The translations under genes were made by a program, and so were the position numbers. A stretch of 32,000 nucleotides of DNA from Wallemia ichthyophaga EXF-994. Its lineage: Eukaryota; Fungi; Basidiomycota. Under the pieces are notes generated by a model. It had not been told where the DNA came from and made no database searches. It saw nothing but the letters and a program-made list of their open reading frames with translations. The stretch covers positions 116,107 through 148,106 of the forward strand of contig NW_008806279.1 of assembly GCF_000400465.1 (NCBI RefSeq), in the 5' to 3' direction. Positions 20,831 through 32,000 of this stretch are shown here, in pieces (the stretch's first letter is position 1; the number at the start of each line of letters is the position of its first letter).

Positions 20831-22561
20831 ATGCAGCCAAAATGGGCATTAGCAGTAGCCATGTGTTTCACCGCGATACTCATCGTTGTGATAATTATTC
20901 AAGCTATCAAGCACGTCTCTCTCTCCTCTAGACGCGTCATGAAAAGCGGCTGGGGTGGCCCCTATGGTTGTTTTGTCAAGATGGCAGCACTGGCTCGCGC
21001 GCTACACTACCACCGCTTTAAAATCAGGTCTTACTTTTTACCCTACAGCTTTCCACTAATTCTCGTTACGTTTATGTTCACTTGGATCACAATTTGGACT
21101 TTCGTGACGTTTCCTTATTATCGACCGGGTATGGAATATGGGTAATTCGAAAACATTACCAATGAAACCAACTAACAAAAATTTCATAGGTCGCCCCCAT
21201 TAGGCGTACGCGCAGGCTACATTGCCACCGCCCTCGTTCCTCTCGTATTCGCTCTCGGGTCTCGCGTCAATCCTGTCACGTTCCTTACTGGCATCTCGCA
21301 CGAGCGTCTGCAAGTATACCATCAATATGGTGCACGTTTTATACTGTTCATGTCAATCGTGCACACTATTCCATTCATTGTGGCCCCTTACCAACAAGGA
21401 CTGGAATATGATGGCAGTCGTGAGACTGCACGATACTTCTTGCAGTACTACTATGACCAAACAGAACAATTCTGGAACGGTATACCACCACTCGTTGCAT
21501 TGGTCTGGATTATTATCTCCAGCATGGGATACTTCAGAAGATTTTCATACGAATTCTTTGTCATTCAGCACGTCATCTCTACTCTCTTCTTCCTAGTTTG
21601 GATGCTCATTCACGTGCAGGTATCCCTCTTAAGCGCTTGGTACTACTGTTTTGTCGCTGTTGGAACGATGATCTGGTCTTGGTTCGGGCGAGTTTTGTGG
21701 ACGCTCTGGGCCAATGAATTCAAGCTCAACAGAGCAACACTGGAGCCTCTTCCAGAGGGTATAACTCGCGTAAGGATCGTCACGCCGGTTCGATGGACAC
21801 CCGCACAGAGCGTATATCTTAGATTCCCGACGATGAAATGTTTCCAGTCACACCCCTTTACCATTGCCTCTGTCCCTAACGTTGATGTTCATAGCAACAC
21901 TAATGTCATGCAGCTGCTCATCAGAGGCAAGGGTGGTATTACGAAAGATATCCATGATAAAGCCAAAAACGGTGTATCCTCCACCTACTGTTTAATTGAT
22001 GGACCATACGGTGGCTTGTCTAATCCAATCGACAATTACAAGCATGTTACCCTGATCTCAGGAGGCACTGGTATCAACGCCACGGTCGGAATACTGCTCG
22101 ATCTCGTGCGCAAGATGGAAAAAGGCGAGACGCTGGTAGAACACATAGACTTCGTTTGGACTATTAGATCTATCGGATCGATGGAGTGGTTTAACGACAC
22201 CTTCAAGTCTTTGTCAACACACAGCACTTTCAGCAACGTCAATCTTGTCATCCACGTCACAGGTTCCAATCCAGCGGAGACTGTGGCGGTCGAGAAGAGC
22301 GAGTCCAGATATTCGAATGAACCCGTCGCTTATGATGAGCAACTGTACAACTTCGCCAAAGGCAGGCCGGATGTGAAAGATATCGTGAAAGAGTCTACAA
22401 AAGCTGCACAAGGAGTGGATCTCGCTGTTGTGGTGTGTGGTCCATCTATCATGAACTTTAGCGTCATGAATACTTGTGCTGCAATCGAGCTGAAAATCGC
22501 TGCTGGAGAGAGTGAACTTCCAAGAAGTCTTTTCGCTCATTCTGAATCGTTTGAATTGTAG
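20831..22561 (+). CDS. Ferric/cupric-chelate reductase (FRE family), copy 1
   Basis: Intron at 21142-21189. Motifs PPLGVRAG, TGISHERLQVYH (heme His), HPFTIAS (FAD), DGPYGG, LISGGTGI (NADPH), VCGP and C-terminal ESFEL. Confidence 0.93.
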
Positions 22562-22672
22562 ACGTGATTTTTTTTTTTTGCTTTATTTTTGGACATTGTA
22601 TACACCACTCATTATCAATCAAAAATCAAGACAGATATGCTTGAACATGGGTGTGTTGAATTCTAGAATTAA

Positions 22673-22772
22673 ATATCTCAATTGTAAATAGTTCATCCCA
22701 TATCATATCTCAAACCAGGAAGCGGAATCGGAATCGGAATCGGTACATGCCATACCGCGTCGCATATCTCAA
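22673..22772. promoter_or_regulatory. Candidate cis-element cluster upstream of ferric reductase copy 2: three ATATCTCAA copies and (CGGAAT)x3
   Basis: ATATCTCAA at 22673-22681, 22705-22713 and 22764-22772; CGGAAT tandem at 22723-22740. The function is inferred only. Confidence 0.35.
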
Positions 22773-22946
22773 CAGAAGTATGAGGACTGTGGCTGAACGG
22801 GAGAGCAGATCGTCGTACCTCTTTAATCACTCTGATGGCTATAAATAAACGGGGAGAAGTTTGTATTGTCAATTATTGCTGCAAAGGATGGAGATGCAAC
22901 TACAAAGATTTGTCTCACCAGGATGCAGCTGTGGGTTGATTGTAAG

Positions 22947-24778
22947 ATGATCATGAGCCATTCTAACGACCCTCAAAAGCCCATATACGGACTGGTTGTT
23001 GGGTTGGCGCTGCTTGGATTGGTGTTGTTTGTTGTAATACTGCAGCAGACCAAGTACTACCTGGCTAAGCATCCGTAGGCTGAGATTATAAACTCTCAAC
23101 CCTCCTCACACCACCAACAGCCAGAGAAAGAAGCAGATACCGTCATTCTTACGACAAATAGCAGCTGTCTGCAGAGCAGGAAAGTACCACCAGATTAAAA
23201 TCCACAAATGGTACCTACCACACACTATTCCTCTCGTAGGAATCATTCTCCTTTTCATATGGCTCGCTGTGTGGCCACTGGCGACGCTTCCATATTACAC
23301 AGACAATTTCCTCGCAGAAAAACCACCACTGGCGACACGAGCAGGATCACTAGCGATGGCGCTAGTGCCGTTCATATTCACACTCGGTAGCCGAGTCAAT
23401 CCCATCTCGCTAGCAACGGGTATATCGCACGAGAAGCTTCAGACGTACCACCAGTACGGATCGAGGCTGCTGCTTTTCATAAGCCTGGTACACGGCGTAC
23501 CGATGCTTCTGGCGCCCTATTTCGAAGGCTACAGAACAGGTGGGAACGCAGCTGGACGGACTGCACTGCAATACGCATGGGACAACAACGCCCACTTTGA
23601 ATCAGGCACGGTTCTTATCGTATTTCTCGTATGGATCAACATCAGCACCCTCAGGATATTCCGGCGGATAAGCTACGAGTTTTTCGTGTTCCAGCACATT
23701 GTCACTACAATCGCCTTCCTGGCCAACTTGTTCCCTCATGTGAACGTGACATACATGGACGCGTGGAACTATCTCTTCGCGACTGTCGCACTGGTGCTGT
23801 ACAGCTGGTTCGGGAGGCTGGTAATAACAATCTATTCGAACAAGCTGTCGACGTCGCACGCGCAGTTGGAGAATCTCACCGAGGGCATGACGCGTCTATC
23901 GATCAAGACCAAAATACGGTGGAGTCCAGGCCAACACATATACATCCGATTCCCCTTCCTGAAGCCGCTCCAGTCGCATCCGTTCACTATAACCAGCATC
24001 CCATCGACTGACTCGGAGCACTCGGTCATACAGCTACTAGCTCGTGCCAAGAAAGGCGTGACCAAGATACTGCACGAGCGCGCTCAGCAGGGCAATACGT
24101 ACATACCATGCTTTGTCGACGGGAGCTATGGCGGGGCGGTGCCGCTAGATGGTTATAGGAATGTCTTGCTGTTGTCGGGGGGTACTGGTATAACATGCAA
24201 CATGCCACTCCTGCTAGATCTTGTGCAGCGCATGGAAACACGAGCCACCATCTGTGAGCATATAACGCTCGTATGGAGTATAAGGAGCAAGAGTGAGTGG
24301 GTCATTTCCAGGCACACACATCTGACATGTCATCACTACCCCAGAATCGCTGGAATGGTTTGACGCGACATTCAGAGCATTATCGCGGCTGGCGAGCTAC
24401 GACAATGTAAGAGTTCGCATCTTTTTGAGTGGGGACAAGACTGAGCCGGCGACGTCATCATCTATCACTTCATTGGCATCCACCGACAGCTCATCCTCTA
24501 TAACAGAGAAGAAGGTTTATGAGATAACAACGGGGAGGCCGGATCTGGAAAAGTTGCTCAATGAAGCTGCGAGACATTCGGCAGGCACCACCCTGGGCCT
24601 GAGTGGTGCGTACCTGAATGAGATATCGAATATTACTAACGAGTAAAAAGTTTGCGGGCCGAAGCTGTTTAATTGGAAGGTGATGAATAAGGTGGCAGAG
24701 ATGGAGCTGCAGATCGCTGCTCAGGATAGTTGTATGCCCACGACGCTCTACGCGCATTCGGAAAACTTTGCGAGCTGA
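22947..24778 (+). CDS. Ferric/cupric-chelate reductase (FRE family), copy 2
   Basis: Introns at 23075-23120, 24293-24344 and 24606-24650. Motifs PPLATRAG, TGISHEKLQTYH, HPFTITS, DGSYGG, LLSGGTGI, VCGP and ENFAS*. The start is at 22947 or 22953. Confidence 0.92.
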
Positions 24779-24969
24779 AATGGTATATGGACAGGTTACA
24801 TAAAGAGGCACGTATTATTTGTAAGAATATTTTCACAGCTTTGTTATTTTTACTTTCGTGCGAAATCCAGGGGGCCGACTGGCGGAAAGCGGTGAGGGGA
24901 TGACCGGGTGTTTTTGAAGCGATCGATTTATAAGCGTTTGGAGTAAACGATCATCACTGAAAAATAAAA

Positions 24970-26766
24970 ATGAGAGCAGCGCTGGAGATATACACACAGA
25001 ACACGCCTTCGCTCACGTCTGCCAGCGCTGATGAATCCACAGATGAGGATCAGAGGGTGGGTGGCTGTTTATTCACATATAAACCTTTCTAACAGGCCAA
25101 ATCGCAGCACGCGCGTTCTACTCCCTCCAGGTTCATATTCGATAAGCCTATCATTCGCCAGTTTGACAAAAAGTCCAAATTACACCCGATTCACGGTTGG
25201 AAGAGGCGTCTGCACTCGAATACCCCTTCTCCTCGTTCTCCTGCATCCTCCTCTTCCCTACACAGCTATGATACCGATGATTCATGCAATTTGGGTGAGG
25301 AACACGCACATTTGAACAGAAAGTACGGCAAATGGGTCAAAACTCTTGGCACAGGTGCAGGTGGCACCGTTAGGCTGATTGCCAAAAAGTCTCGCTCCTT
25401 GTCGCACTCTCTGTCCCGCTCTTCTTCAACTCGGTCCAATCGGCTCAACTCATCATCCGTATACGCTGTAAAGGAGTTTAGACAGCGCAGAAACGGCGAA
25501 AGTCAAAAGGAATACGTAAAGAAAGTCACCGCAGAGTTTTGCGTTGGGGTCACCCTCAAGCACAGAAACATAATCGAAACAGTCGATATTATTTCTGAAC
25601 GTGGTCACTATTACGAGATCATGGAATATGCTCCATACGATTTATTCAGCGTTGTCATGTCAGGCAAAATGTCAAGAGGCGAGATATACTGCGTGTTCAA
25701 ACAGATAGTCGACGGCGTCGATTATCTTCACAATATGGGCCTGGCACACAGAGATTTGAAATTGGATAACTGCGTCTTGACCGATAACTCTACCGTCAAA
25801 CTCATCGATTTCGGTACAGCTACGGTATTCAAGTATCCTGGAAAACGGACAGTGAAAGCTACCGGAGTAGTTGGATCTGATCCTTACCTAGCACCTGAAG
25901 TTCTCTATTCATCTACAGAAAAAGCTAAGCGGGAACACAAGAACGAGTATGATCCAAGATTAGCTGATATTTGGTCAATTGGTATCATATTCATTTGCAT
26001 GCTTTTGAGAAGATTCCCTTGGAAGATACCTGACGAAACATCAGATCAATCTTACGCTCTATTCCTCAAAACACATCCAGAATTATGCTGTCCAGTTGTT
26101 GAGGATGAGGAGAGTGGAGTAAAGTCACCTAACCTGGATGACAAACCAGAGTGGACAGAGCTACAGAAAACGTTTGAGGAGTATAACATTAGCGGCTGCA
26201 GCACTGCTGATGCCGCAGATGAGAGAGACAAAGATCTCAGCGATAGAATATTCCCTAAGCCATGCCAAGAACCAACAAGTCTACCTGCTTCGCCTAAAGA
26301 GAGTAAGGTTGACGATCTTCGCTCTGCTGCACAGGTGCGCTCGATGACGATATCGAATATGGGCAGAGTAAATGAAGTGCAACCAAAATCGATACCAAAG
26401 AGACCATCGATCAAGGACAGGACAGCTTCACAGACGACTTATGTCAATGGTAGTTCAGATTCCATGTTCAAACTGCTGCCACGCGAAGCTAGGGATTGCC
26501 TGCAGAGGATGATCTGTCCCGAGCCAAAGAGAAGATCGACGCTGAATGAGCTACTGAGAGGAGGTGAAGAAATTCTTGACGCGACAGAAGGTTTGGATTT
26601 GTATGGTGAATTGTCCAAACCAGATTCAGAGTCTGCAGATCAGAGAGCAAGACGGAGTGATTATGTTAGCGATAAGTGGTTGCAGTCGTTGGATAGTTGC
26701 GCAATTAGACCGTCTTCAAACCATACTCACACGGTAGTTGAGGCGATCGCAGACGCGAAAAAATAA
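24970..26766 (+). CDS. Ser/Thr protein kinase, fungal Hal4/Hrk1/Npr1 (transporter-regulating) family
   Basis: First exon 24970-25056, then a 39-nt intron at 25057-25095. Motifs [41 protein letters not shown] and ADIWS. Confidence 0.9.
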
Positions 26767-26815
26767 AAATAAGAGAAACAACGTATGCTTTGTAATAATA
26801 TATTTATATTTTGGG

Positions 26816-27344
26816 TCATGTCTTTTTGAGTCTACTAAACCAGCTAGAGTTGGGTATCAGAGGAGCTTCTTGACTTTTCTTGCGTCTCAGAGTTTGTTCG
26901 TTGACTGTGGCGTGTGAGAAAGTGAAAGAGTTTAGTGCAATGTATCATACCATTGTTCACAATCTGATTCACGTTGGTTTCGATGACAAGACCACCTTGA
27001 ATAATTTCATCAACAATAAAGTGGACCTGATCGAAATGAAAAACAAGGTCTAGTTCGCAGACTGACTCAAACAACCTATCCAACGCCTCAACCATAACCT
27101 GAATCAAGTCGAGTATACCAAGATTTGATTCATTTGAATCGATCACCAAGCAAAAGAAGAGAGTAGCGTAATTTCTATAAACTAGCGTATAATCACCGAG
27201 GCTTACAAAGTTACAAGCCTGGTTCCTATCTTGGACGAGCTTAAATGATTGATTCACAAGTTGAGAGTTGTTTAGAGTTTTGTTAAAATTCTTTACAAGC
27301 CGTGGTTTTCCTTGTTGGTTGAAAATAAGCACAGATTGAATCAT
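26816..27344 (-). CDS. APS3: AP-3 adaptor complex sigma subunit
   Basis: MIQSVLIFNQQGKPRL, VYRNYATLFF, ESNLGILDLIQVMVEALD and VCELDLVFHFD. An intron at 26905-26950 gives the end ...SSWFSRLKKT*. Confidence 0.9.
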
Positions 27345-27378
27345 TTGAATGTGTCTATTATTTGGTTATGAGCTAGCC

Positions 27379-28236
27379 ATGCTTCCCACCTTCATCCGCA
27401 CATCAATAAGGAAATTCTCATCAGCGGTGCCATTAGCGATGAGTATGCAGATGAATATGGATATACCCATCTCTATTGATGAATTGCTTGAGATACACGC
27501 TCAATCCATGGCCAGTCAAGCGTTTCTAGCCAGATCTGACCATTTCGTTATGGGTGACGATATCAGTGTTCTTGATTATGGCTGTGGGGATGGAATTGTG
27601 AGTGAATCGCTGCAATTCAACAGTCGATCTATCACCGGTGGGTGGAGTGATAGCGTGTTGTGTTGGTGTTGTTGCTGATCCCTCTCTTCTTTCTTCCTTT
27701 TCCCTTCTTCTCAGGCGTGGACAGCAACTCCGATTTAGTTAACGCCTTCAATCGCAAATTTAGAGACAGAGGCATATCGTCTGACAAGTTGGAAGCACAT
27801 ACTTGTATTCCTCCTGACAGTAAGTTTGACGTAATTGTGGTGAGTCTGCTTTGTGTTTGTTGGTGGGTATAGATGTTTATAAGGTATACGACAGTGCACA
27901 CAACTTCTTCACAAACTCAACGATGTCGATGGAGTGATAAACACTCTATCTCAACACCTAAACAGCGACGGAGAGTTGCTTATCGTAGACTACAGTAATC
28001 AGCCTTTCTCAGATTCAGCTGTTCTCAACTCCACCTTCACTGGAGAGCACATCGATAAGCCTTCACCCAACACTCATCCTCACCGACACGCGATATCATC
28101 ACAAAAAGTGCAGTCGGCTATCACCAAAGCTGGTCTGATAGATTATTCGTGTAGGCCGGCATTTTTGCTAGACTATGAAGAGACTGGTGGTTTGAGTAGG
28201 ATTCCCTTTTTCATAGCAACCGGGCTGAAGAAGTAG
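27379..28236 (+). CDS. Class I SAM-dependent methyltransferase, possibly mitochondrial
   Basis: Motif I VLDYGCGDG, ITG/VDSN, FDVIV/CTQLLH and LNSDGELLIVDY. Introns at 27638-27714 and 27840-27894. The N-terminus MLPTFIRTSIRKFSS resembles a presequence. Confidence 0.82.
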
Positions 28237-28308
28237 GTCGATTAAGTAAATCTATAGAAAACCCAATGCATGAAATAATGTAATGATGCTATGAACTTGA
28301 AACAATTG

Positions 28309-29559
28309 TTAGCTTTGCTTAGGTACACCATGACCTCTTATCCTTTTGTGTCGTATAAGCGCATCCTTCCTCGAAAACACATAACCGCAACCCTCTTCGC
28401 CATCGCATTTGTAAACCTGCACAGCGACCAATTTCTCAGCCTTTTTCGGATCTTTTTCAGCCTCTTCGAGATCTTTGGCTAGACCAGGTATGGTGATTTG
28501 AGCAGGAGAGATTTTACCACTTCTCACCAACTGAGCCTCGTCTCTTGAGTGAATGGTCTCTACATGCCTGGCTAAATCGTAAGGACGCTGGAAGGAAGTT
28601 TTACACTTTTTATGAGGAGGTACTGGGGAGGAGTAGGTGCATCTAACGAGACTATCATCAGTCAATTCAAAAGCATATGGTATGTGTTTTGTGTCAATCT
28701 GATCGAGAGCTATTTTTTGATTTCTTTGTGTTTTACTTGTGCTGCTTTGCCTTCGTCTCTGTCTTGTAGGTTGTGCTCCGTAGCTGTCGTCGTATTCATC
28801 TTCTGAAGATTCATAGCCAGGTGAAGATGGAGGTGTGTATTTGTCGACGTCTTGGGATTGAGATTGAATATTTTGTTCAGTATGAGCGGTTGATTGCCGT
28901 CTTGAATGTGGTTTAGATTGAGAGTATGAGTGAGTATGTGGATGTGAATGTGTTTCAGCATGTGGACGTTTGTGTGTGTTTGAAGATGGAGAAGGAGGGG
29001 ATGGCTGTGTTGGTTGTTTTGGTTGTGTGAGTTGCGTGGGCTGCTGAACAGAGTTGAAGCTAGTTTCTTCATCGCTATCGCTAGAAGAAGAGTTGAAAGC
29101 TGATAAATGGGGTCTATCGACAGCAGAATCAACTTTTGGCTTAAACAAAGGTTGGAGATATTCCACATTTCCCGTATTTTCCCCCTTATTCTCATTAAAG
29201 TTGGCTAAAGCAGCAGTTGCAGGACTAGATGTCTTAATTGAAGTCTGAGGAAAATCTGAAGTAGATTGAGTTGGTGTCCAATCAAGGCTTACTTGCTGTG
29301 GTGAAACTGTTTGTAGATTATTCCAATTCTGGCTGAATAAGTTGGATAAATGATGTTGTTGTGGATCTTGTGATTGATTTAAAGGTGATTTATCCAAATT
29401 ATCCAATAAATTTCCTTTTTCCTTATCGTTATCGTTATCTTGCTTATCTTTCTCTCTAAATGACCAAATGGGATCTTCAATTAGCTGGAAATCAGGCTTT
29501 AGATCGTCTTCACCGGCGTTATAACTGAATCGCTCAAATTCATCCAGTGGATTCGACAT
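28309..29559 (-). CDS. C2H2 zinc-finger transcription factor, Rpn4-like
   Basis: Two fingers: C...CKTSFQRPYDLARHVETIH and CDGEEGCGYVFSRKDALIRHKRIRGH. These resemble the Rpn4 F.R.YDL.RH..TIH / FSR.DAL.RH signature. The N-terminus is acidic and disordered. Confidence 0.75.
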   Translation of the reverse strand: MSNPLDEFERFSYNAGEDDLKPDFQLIEDPIWSFREKDKQDNDNDKEKGNLLDNLDKSPLNQSQDPQQHHLSNLFSQNWNNLQTVSPQQVSLDWTPTQSTSDFPQTSIKTSSPATAALANFNENKGENTGNVEYLQPLFKPKVDSAVDRPHLSAFNSSSSDSDEETSFNSVQQPTQLTQPKQPTQPSPPSPSSNTHKRPHAETHSHPHTHSYSQSKPHSRRQSTAHTEQNIQSQSQDVDKYTPPSSPGYESSEDEYDDSYGAQPTRQRRRQSSTSKTQRNQKIALDQIDTKHIPYAFELTDDSLVRCTYSSPVPPHKKCKTSFQRPYDLARHVETIHSRDEAQLVRSGKISPAQITIPGLAKDLEEAEKDPKKAEKLVAVQVYKCDGEEGCGYVFSRKDALIRHKRIRGHGVPKQS

Positions 29560-29808
29560 TTTCTTTTTTCTTATTCAAAATACTTGTTGGTCGCTGAAAG
29601 GATGATGGTTTGGCACGACACGATGGTGCTTCGTGATTACGTCAGAATCTTTATTCTTTAATTTGAGTGGTTAAATAGGTAATAAATATCATTTGAATCA
29701 TGAAGGTTCTTTTGAACCTCTCAATTCCCTTTCCATCTATATAGAAAATTTTCATACAACTTCTCACGCATCATATATACGCGTGATATCTCTACAACCT
29801 ATGCAGTC

Positions 29809-30430
29809 ATGACACACAGAAGAAGGCAATCATCTATCGATTTTCATTCTGCCTTGAATGCAGCAGCTGTTTCAAATGATGCATCCTCGTTATCACCAAT
29901 TGTTGAGAAGTTCCCAAGTGCAGGTTTTCTTTCGACGCCTTCAAGAAAGATTTTGTTAGCATTTAATGGCACTGAGGAGGCTATTCATACGCTGAACTAC
30001 TTGAAGAATAAGATTCTCAGGAATGGTGATCATTTGTTCATCGCTCACATATTGGAAATGCCAGCAGATGATCAACAAACACACGAATCTAATCTTATTC
30101 AATTAAAGCAAATTCGTGACCACGTCTTAGATAATCTACGGGCTATTTCAAATGATATCCTCCACTCTAACCTCCATGTTTGTCTATTTTGAAACATTTT
30201 TGAACAATTTTCACTCACAAACGACACAGATCACTACCACTCTTCTAGTTATTAACCACGCTGATGCTAAAATAGCTATTTGTAGAATAGCTGATCATCA
30301 CGCCGTTGATTTGATTGTCGTAGGTAGAAGAAGACGCGATGAAGGTGGTGGAGGTATACCAGGTGCATGTTCAACTTATATACTTAAACAATCACGCAAT
30401 CCAGTTTTAATTGTTAACAAGTCTACTTGA
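29809..30430 (+). CDS. Universal stress protein (USP) domain protein
   Basis: RKILLAFNGTEEAIHTLNY and GDHLFIAHI; after intron 30178-30229, DAKIAICRIA...VDLIVVGRR...STYILKQSRNPVLIV. Confidence 0.82.
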
Positions 30431-30453
30431 TTTGATATAAATTACATAGTGTT

Positions 30454-31557
30454 TCAGTTGACACGGTTAAATGCTTTTTGCAGTTTCATTGCGAGGTTGA
30501 GCATTTGAAGCTCATCATCTGCTCCATCGGTTAGCGCTTTGTCTGCTTCTGCGATGGCTAACACTGATTTAGCTTTTGAGGAGTCAGCTATACTAGAACT
30601 GTCTATAACTTTGTCATGGAGCTGTGCAAGTATCTGAGCTGAAGCATAACCATTCAAATGGATTTGCTTGAGTGTGCTCTGTACCTCCTTAAAATTCTTT
30701 TTGTTCGAACAAACAGACACTATGTTATCAATTATGTGTTGAGGTATAGTACCGGCAATTTCAGTAATCGTATCTGGAATTATTTTTGTCGATGTTGCTT
30801 GATGTAAGCGTGTAGCTGATTGAAGGTATGTGATAGCCTGTCTGAGGTCGCCATGGGTTGTGCTTATGAGTGCATCAATTACACCATCCTCATAATCAAT
30901 ATGCTCCTCTTTAGCGATAAATTCGAGTCTAGCTTTGGTATCAGTATCGTCAAGTGGCTTAAAGCGGAATTTTGAACAACGAGAAGCGACAGGTTCGATG
31001 ATTCTAAAGGGATTTAAGCCTAGAAAGCATTAAAATGCTTTTTTCCCACCTAGTAACGTAATTACAGACTAAGCAGAATCTAGTCGACTTGGAATAAGTT
31101 TCCATTGTACGCCTCAAAGCAGATTGAGCATCTTGAGTCATAGAATCAGCTTCATCGAGTATAATAATCTTGTAAGAAGGAGTATTGGATGAAGAAGAAG
31201 CCTTTGGTGCTTGTTTTGCAAAGTTTTTAATTTTATCGCGAACAACGCTAATACCACGCTCATCAGACGCGTTTAACTCGAGTACGCGACTATTTACGAG
31301 ATCCTGGCTTCAATTGGGGGTGAGTGGGTGTATAAAATTAAAACAACCAATCCCCACCCAAATAATTGCCTGGATAAAGCGAGAATAGTGGATGTTTTAC
31401 CAGTACCAGGTGGACCATAGAATAACATATGTGGTAAATTAGCGTTGTTGAGTTGTTTGTTAAGAACTCGTATTGTATGATCCTGTGCAGCTACGTCATT
31501 GATAGTGCGTGGTCTATATTTCTCTATCCAAGGTTTCAATGATTCGTTGGCTGGCAT
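30454..31557 (-). CDS. RFC2: Replication factor C small subunit (yeast Rfc2 / human RFC4 orthologue)
   Basis: PWIEKYRP, Walker [56 protein letters not shown] and SRCSKFRF. Introns at 31308-31357 and 31004-31049. Confidence 0.95.
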
Positions 31558-31604
31558 GGCTGTTGGGAGTAACGATCAACGGTAATATAAAATTATTTTA
31601 TAAA

Positions 31605-32000
<396 letters not shown>

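Noticed and set aside
3551-27344. Apparent enrichment of vacuole/trafficking genes (ATG15, CCC1, VPH1, APS3, adaptin)
   Set aside because: They are interspersed with unrelated housekeeping genes and plausible by chance. Synteny statistics would be needed.

Overview
This is gene-dense, intron-containing fungal nuclear DNA. The basidiomycete-type protein sequences, mostly 39-55 nt introns and intergenic gaps often under 150 bp are consistent with a very compact Wallemia-like genome (inference, not database-verified). Manual splicing supports 27 protein-coding genes: Sec31 (3' part), ATP19, an orphan, RPL22, ATG15, a TLC-domain protein, a DUF3431-like protein, REV7, two universal-stress proteins, a MaoC-type dehydratase, CCC1, an AP-4 epsilon-like adaptin, VPH1, a GDS1-like winged-helix protein, two tandem paralogues of an uncharacterised family, MRPL31, MRPL37, RRF1, two tandem ferric reductases, a Hal/Npr-family kinase, APS3, a SAM methyltransferase, an Rpn4-like C2H2 factor, RFC2 and GLR1 (5' part). 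The main discovery is in the two tandem paralogues at 16.9-18.2 kb, which the ORF track misses or truncates. Each can encode its shared C-terminal motif only if an AT-AC intron with a U2-like donor (ATGAGT or ATAAGT) is removed at the same codon position. No rRNA, tRNA, transposon or CRISPR was recognised. All exon structures are manual predictions without RNA evidence.
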